Source: Takakia lepidozioides
Lineage: Eukaryota; Plantae; Bryophyta
Direction: 5' to 3'
Assembly (NCBI GenBank): GCA_030704615.1
Contig: CM060733.1
Span: forward strand, 59,582,001 to 59,646,000
DNA length: 64,000 bases
The first letter of the stretch is position 1. Every line of letters begins with the position of its first letter. Shown here one piece after another: positions 59,278-64,000 of this stretch. Position numbers and translations under genes: made by a program. The notes beneath the pieces are model-generated. The model saw only the letters and a list, made by a program, of their open reading frames with translations, did not search any database and was not told the DNA's origin.

Positions 59278-61900
59278 GCATCTGTATGAATCTCAAATGG
59301 ACGATCGAACTCCGGGATTTTCAAGACTGGAGCTTCCGCCATCCGTGCTTCAATTCAGCAAAAGCTTGGCCACAAAATGTGTGTTCCATACCTAGACTTT
59401 GGATTTACACAGAAGGTCCGACAGCGGCCCCGCGATCTTGGCGAAATTTCTCACATACTTCCGGTAATAGGAGGCGAGTCCTAGGAAGGATCGCACTCCC
59501 GGGACCGAAGTCGGAGGCTCCCAGTCCAAGATCGCCCTCACCTTTCTGTCATCCATTTTGATCCCATCCTGTGTAATCACATGCCCCAGGAACTCCACTT
59601 TTGTGACCCGAATTTGCACTTTGAAGCTTTGGCATACAGCTTCCCTTCTCGCAATTTTGGAAACACCCTTTTTAGGTGCTCCAGGTGTTCTTCCTTTGTT
59701 TTCGAGTACACCAAGATGTCGTCGATGTACACGATCACAAAGTCATCCAACCACTCCTGGAAAAGGCTGTTCATCAGCGTGCTAAATGTCGCTGGTGCAT
59801 TGGTGAGCCCAAAAGGCATCACCAAGAACTCATATGAACCATACCTTGTCCTGCAGCGGTCTTCTCCTCATCTCCTTCCGCCACCCGAATTTGATGATAG
59901 CCGGAGTGCAAGTCGATCCGGCTGAAATACTTCGCTCCTGCCAACCGATCGAAGAGGTTGTCGATCCTTGGCAAAGGGTACGGTTTTTGATAGTCACCTT
60001 ATTCAGAGCCCTGTAATCGACACAATCCGCAGCGTCCCATCCTTCTTGTCTGCGAATAGCACCGGGGCTCCGTAAGGTGACTTACTCGGCCGGATGTACC
60101 CTTTGACATTAGATCCTTGAGCTGAGTCTTCAGCTCGACCAACTCCCTGTGGCTCAACCGGTAGGTGCCTTGGCAGGCGGTTCCATTCCCGGTATCACCT
60201 CAATCTTGTGGTCAACTCTTCGCGGTGGCAAGCCGCTTGGTAAATCCTCTGGCATCACATCCTGGTATTTCTCCAAAATCCCCTTGATCCAATCTGGGCT
60301 CAGCTCCCCATCGCCTTCTCCCTTCACTTCTCTAATGTAAAGCAAAAACTGGGGCTGTGTGCCTCCTCCACGGCCCACTCCCTTGCTGACAGAAGGTTTA
60401 TTCGCCCTCCACGGATTTGGGTGTTTTCGACACTCGTAAGACCTCGCTACCATTCCCACAAGGCAGCGTGACTACTCTCTTACGGCCATCTATTACCGCT
60501 CCGGATTTGTTCAAAAATGTCATCCCCAAAATGAGATCTACTCCATCGATCTCGCAGATGGTGAAGTTCTCACGTCCCTCCCAACTCCCCAGTTGAAGAT
60601 GAACATCAAACGCCAACCTTGTCGTCAACTCTGGTTCTCCTTTGGCAGAACGCACCTCAATAGAGGCCCCCACGTCACTTGTCGGGAGTCCCAACTTTCG
60701 CGCTGCCGCCGGCGTCATGAAGGAGTGCGACGCTCCTGTGTCACCTACAACGACACGTTAGTTCCGGATATTATCCCATCCATGAAATAACTGACTCCCT
60801 TTATGCAGGGCGCCAGTTTCCTGATACAACTCACAAGAATAGTTGCCTACCTTGCAAGTCCTGGCGACCACCGCTTCCACCAAGCGACTGATGGTATCTT
60901 TCGACAGCTCCGTGGTTGCCCGAGTCATGTTCAATTGTCGAGGTTTCGTGCACTTCTTGGCCATGTGCCCGGGCTCCCCGCAATTGAAACACACTCCATC
61001 AAAGGTCGCCTTATGTCCGCCATAAGCCGCTCCACCCGCTTTTCCTTTCGAAGCACCGGGTGTCGCCTTGACGTGTGAAGGCCCCCCTTCGATTTCCACG
61101 TGCCATTGTCGCCGCGTGGCCTATCCCACTTCTTTTCCGGTCGGAAGGAGTCACCTTCCCGCCGGGTCTTCTTGTGGTTCAGCTCCGTACGGCCTTGTCT
61201 CTCACCCCTAGGGACATCCGAGAAACATTCAGCCCTCTCAATTGCCTCGTTCAAAGTCTTGGGTGGCTTCTCCTCCAACTTCCGCCTGGCCCATGGGGCC
61301 AATCCTGCCACAAAGTTGAAGACCATTTCTGGTTCTTCCATGTCCGTGACTTCGAGCAATAGCACATTGAAAGCCTAGACATACCCCCGAATGTCATCTG
61401 TTTGCTTCAAATTCCTCATCTTGTCCCGGGCAAGCCAGGACGCGTTGAGGGGCACAAACTGTCTCTTCATCAATTCCTTGAACCCACTCCAGTTCAAGGT
61501 TTCTGGGCTTGGACCTCGGTCGTGAAGGCGTTTCTGCCACCATTGTTGAGCATAGCCCCTCAAATAGGTGGGAGCCACTTCCACCCGATCCTCGTCACTC
61601 AACTTGGCCGCCCGGAAGTACTGCTCTAGCTCCAGGAGCCAGGTGTTGAGTGCCTTCCGATTTCGGACGCCTCGAAAGGTGCCGGGTTCCTTAGGCTTCA
61701 CCTTAAACTTTGCCTTAGTGGAAGTGGCATTAGCCGCCTTCAACACGTCTTTCAACGTCCCGCCAAACTGCGCCAACAACCCTTCCCAAAAGGCTGCCGG
61801 CATGGGAGGCATCTCTTGGTTTGTCGGAGCTCTCAAGGATTCCTCGGGCTCCGACTCCTTGGATTCCTCCGCTCTTGAGCGGCCTCGTTTTCGGAAACAT
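59278..61900 (-). pseudogene. gag - protease - RT, ending at the start of RNase H (FEIHTDAS)
   Basis: YLRGYAQQWW gag; CFNCGEPGHMAKKC knuckle; GDTGASHSF protease; [12 protein letters not shown] and [12 protein letters not shown]. Confidence 0.92.
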
Positions 61901-62047
61901 GCATTGCTTCCTCAAACGGCCGCCTCGGTGACACGTCGCCCCCATCGGGCTCACCAGGATCATCATCTTTTGGGCCGCCGCTTTCGCTTCGGCTTGCCCG
62001 ACCCCATGATGAGGCCAATCCAAGGACGATCGCGTACTGAACTCTAA

Positions 62048-62059
62048 GCTCTGATACCA
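62048..62059 (-). promoter_or_regulatory. primer-binding site for initiator tRNA-Met
   Basis: Minus strand TGGTATCAGAGC, 2 nt after the 5' LTR. Confidence 0.92.
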
Positions 62060-63240
62060 AGTGTCGCGCACCTCACTTCGGTAAGCTCCCCTCAAGTCAT
62101 AGTTACTCGCTTTGATGCGCGCGCCTGACTCCCAACCTGGCCGCCGGGCCAACTTGGAGCTTCGGCTGCTCACCGGGGCATAACGGTCCCCTTTGTTCTC
62201 CCAAGAAACCTCCACCGATTTGGAACCAGCAGGAATTCCCTTTGGTAGTGGCAATCCGGAACAGCTCCCCACTCTTTGGTCGCTTTCCGGCTCGCTCGCT
62301 TACTCACTAGTTTTTGGTCACCAACGGGCTTGCACCGTTCTCGGGTTACTACTCCCTATATATACTTCTGTAGCTGTCCGCGGGGTTTCACAACCAACCA
62401 TGCCATTTTATGGCGAACCACCACGAAAACCCTCGACTCCCGGTGATGAGTCGCGGTGAGTCTTGGCCCACTCACCACGGCCCCTATAGACCGTGATGAG
62501 TCCCAAGACTCCCCACGACTCCCACCACGAGGTCTCCGCCCCCATGGTGAGTCCTATGCCACCCCCACTAAGTCCCGCTAAGCTACCACCACCCCTTGTG
62601 GAGCCACCCCACCGCAACCCGGTGTGCGGGGCTCCACCTAGTGAGCGCCTCCGCCTCCTTGAGTGCTTTGGGCACTCAAGGGTGCTTCAGCCCCCCATAC
62701 CTATCGCTGCCGCTGCCCCCACCACAGGGGCAACCCCATGTGTCCCGACCCCCCTGCCCTCAAGGCAAAGGGCCGCGACAAGAGCCCTCTCAATGTTGAA
62801 GCTCGAGATTGAAACCCAATCTCACCATACTCCACAAAGTGCATTGATTTGCCCCAAGCCAAATCAGCCCTTTCGCTTGGTCTTGCAATCCTTCACACAA
62901 TGAAAGCTCGCATTCCCAAGTCCAGTTCTCAGCTTTGCCACCAAAGCCACTATAACCTGCTCTTGACTATCATCTTCCCAAGTGTGCTCATGCATGTACA
63001 TAATCTGAACCATCAAGGTGCTCTGGAATTACCTGCAGCATGGTGCTTTCATCTCTGAAGCTGAAGATCGAATGCCAAGGTCTACCACCTCGTAACCCAC
63101 ATCGCCTCCGCTTTTAACAACCAAGAGCTCACGGTGCTCCTTGCATAACAACTTGGTTCTCTCATTCTCAAGCAAAAAACCACAAGTGCTACAAACTAAC
63201 TCGTATCTGGACTCACAGATACGAGCTGATCTTTCTCGAG

Positions 63241-64000
63241 TGATAAAGAAGAAGAATACAAGCACAAGCTCATGCGAGCTCACAAAGCTGAAGCATAAAT
63301 TCATGCATATATAACCTCATCACTCAAATACAAGTCAAGCCAAGTGCACCCCACGCCATGGGAATCCACATACGGCGCCATAGCTAGGCGCGTGAGAGGC
63401 TCAACTCGAGAAAGATGAGCCTCCCGCACTTGCCGTGAAGATACCACTCCAGGGCCTAAATCTGTCTTGACCCCTGGATTGACACTTGGGCCAATCCCAA
63501 ATGTAATATGTAAAAGCTAGCTATTTCCTAGCTAGTTTCACACTAGTGGTAAAATAACTTGACAGCTGTCGTGCGCATACATATCGCTACACAACTGCAT
63601 CGCTGTCCAAAAACCACACAACACATGTGCACCACCACAAACTAGTATACCACTAGTCACACTAGGAAACCACTAGTCAACCACTAGGCTACAACTGTCA
63701 GTCACTAGGCTGCCACTATGATGCCACACTATGGCAGTCACTAGTCACACAATGATAAAGAAGAAGAATACAAGCACAAGCTCATGCGAGCTCACAAAGC
63801 TGAAGCAAATCATGCATATATAAACCTCATCACTCAAATACAAGTCAACCAAGTGCACCCACGCCATGGGGAATCCACACTACGGCGCCATAGCTAGGCG
63901 CGGTGAGGCTCAACTCGAGAAAGATGAGCCCCCGCAGTTTCCGTGAAGATAACCCACTCCAGGGCCTAAATCTGCCTTGACCCCTGGATTGACACTTGGG
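63241..64000. repeat. terminal repeats of copy 2: B-gc-A-B(partial)
   Basis: Palindrome GACAGCTGTC at 63561-63570. Both B copies share the diagnostic insertion AAGCTCATGCGAGCTCACAAAG that is absent from the copy 1 B segments. Confidence 0.93.

Larger units (their letters stand above)
58552..62780 (-). mobile_element. conventional Ty3/gypsy LTR retrotransposon, internally deleted (lacks most of RNase H and all of integrase)
   Basis: LTRs 58552-~59277 and 62062-62780 (TGTCGCG..CGCGACA). 5-bp TSD AGAGC (58547-58551, 62781-62785); empty site visible at 30181-30185. Confidence 0.95.
45977..64000 (-). mobile_element. Ty3/gypsy split-LTR DNMT/PHD element copy 2 (runs off the window), with two nested insertions
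   Basis: Starts TGTC at 45977 with segment A only (45977-46165). Internal sequence collinear with copy 1. Other end is B 63241-63564, GC, A 63567-63752, B 63753 onward. Confidence 0.92.

Noticed and set aside
1-64000. rRNA or tRNA genes
   Set aside because: None recognised; the only tRNA-related sequence is the 12-nt PBS at 62048-62059.

Overview
Eukaryotic, repeat-dense plant DNA, probably from a seed-free land plant given the PLS-class PPR-DYW genes. The host scaffold is three decayed PLS-PPR (RNA-editing factor) loci; nearly everything else is nested transposons. (1) Two copies of a Ty3/gypsy family on the - strand (5949-30928 with 4-bp TSD ATGA; 45977 to beyond the window end), plus the 5' end of a diverged sister family (1-1995). 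The polyprotein order is gag - protease - C5 cytosine methyltransferase - RT - RNase H - DDE integrase - PHD finger. The termini are not ordinary LTRs: copy 1 reads A-B-gc-A...B and copy 2 reads A...B-gc-A-B. These are the two circular permutations expected if a 2-LTR circle were opened at the palindrome GACAGCTGTC in the middle of either LTR. The family has no tRNA primer site; the PBS position is complementary to a hairpin loop inside its own LTR. This is the best candidate for an undescribed system. (2) Two diverged Mutator-like elements (15421-27269 with 9-bp TSD; 39574 to 45976+) and a non-autonomous relative (35593-38287). The two large ones carry a GCM/SWIM transposase head-to-head with a spliced ParB-like + amino-methyltransferase-like gene, and each has its own intronic array of palindromes. 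(3) A conventional tRNA-Met-primed gypsy family present as one internally deleted element (58552-62780, TSD AGAGC), one chimera and one LTR fragment. Coding regions carry many single-base indels, some probably consensus errors. All domain calls come from motif recognition by eye, not database searches.
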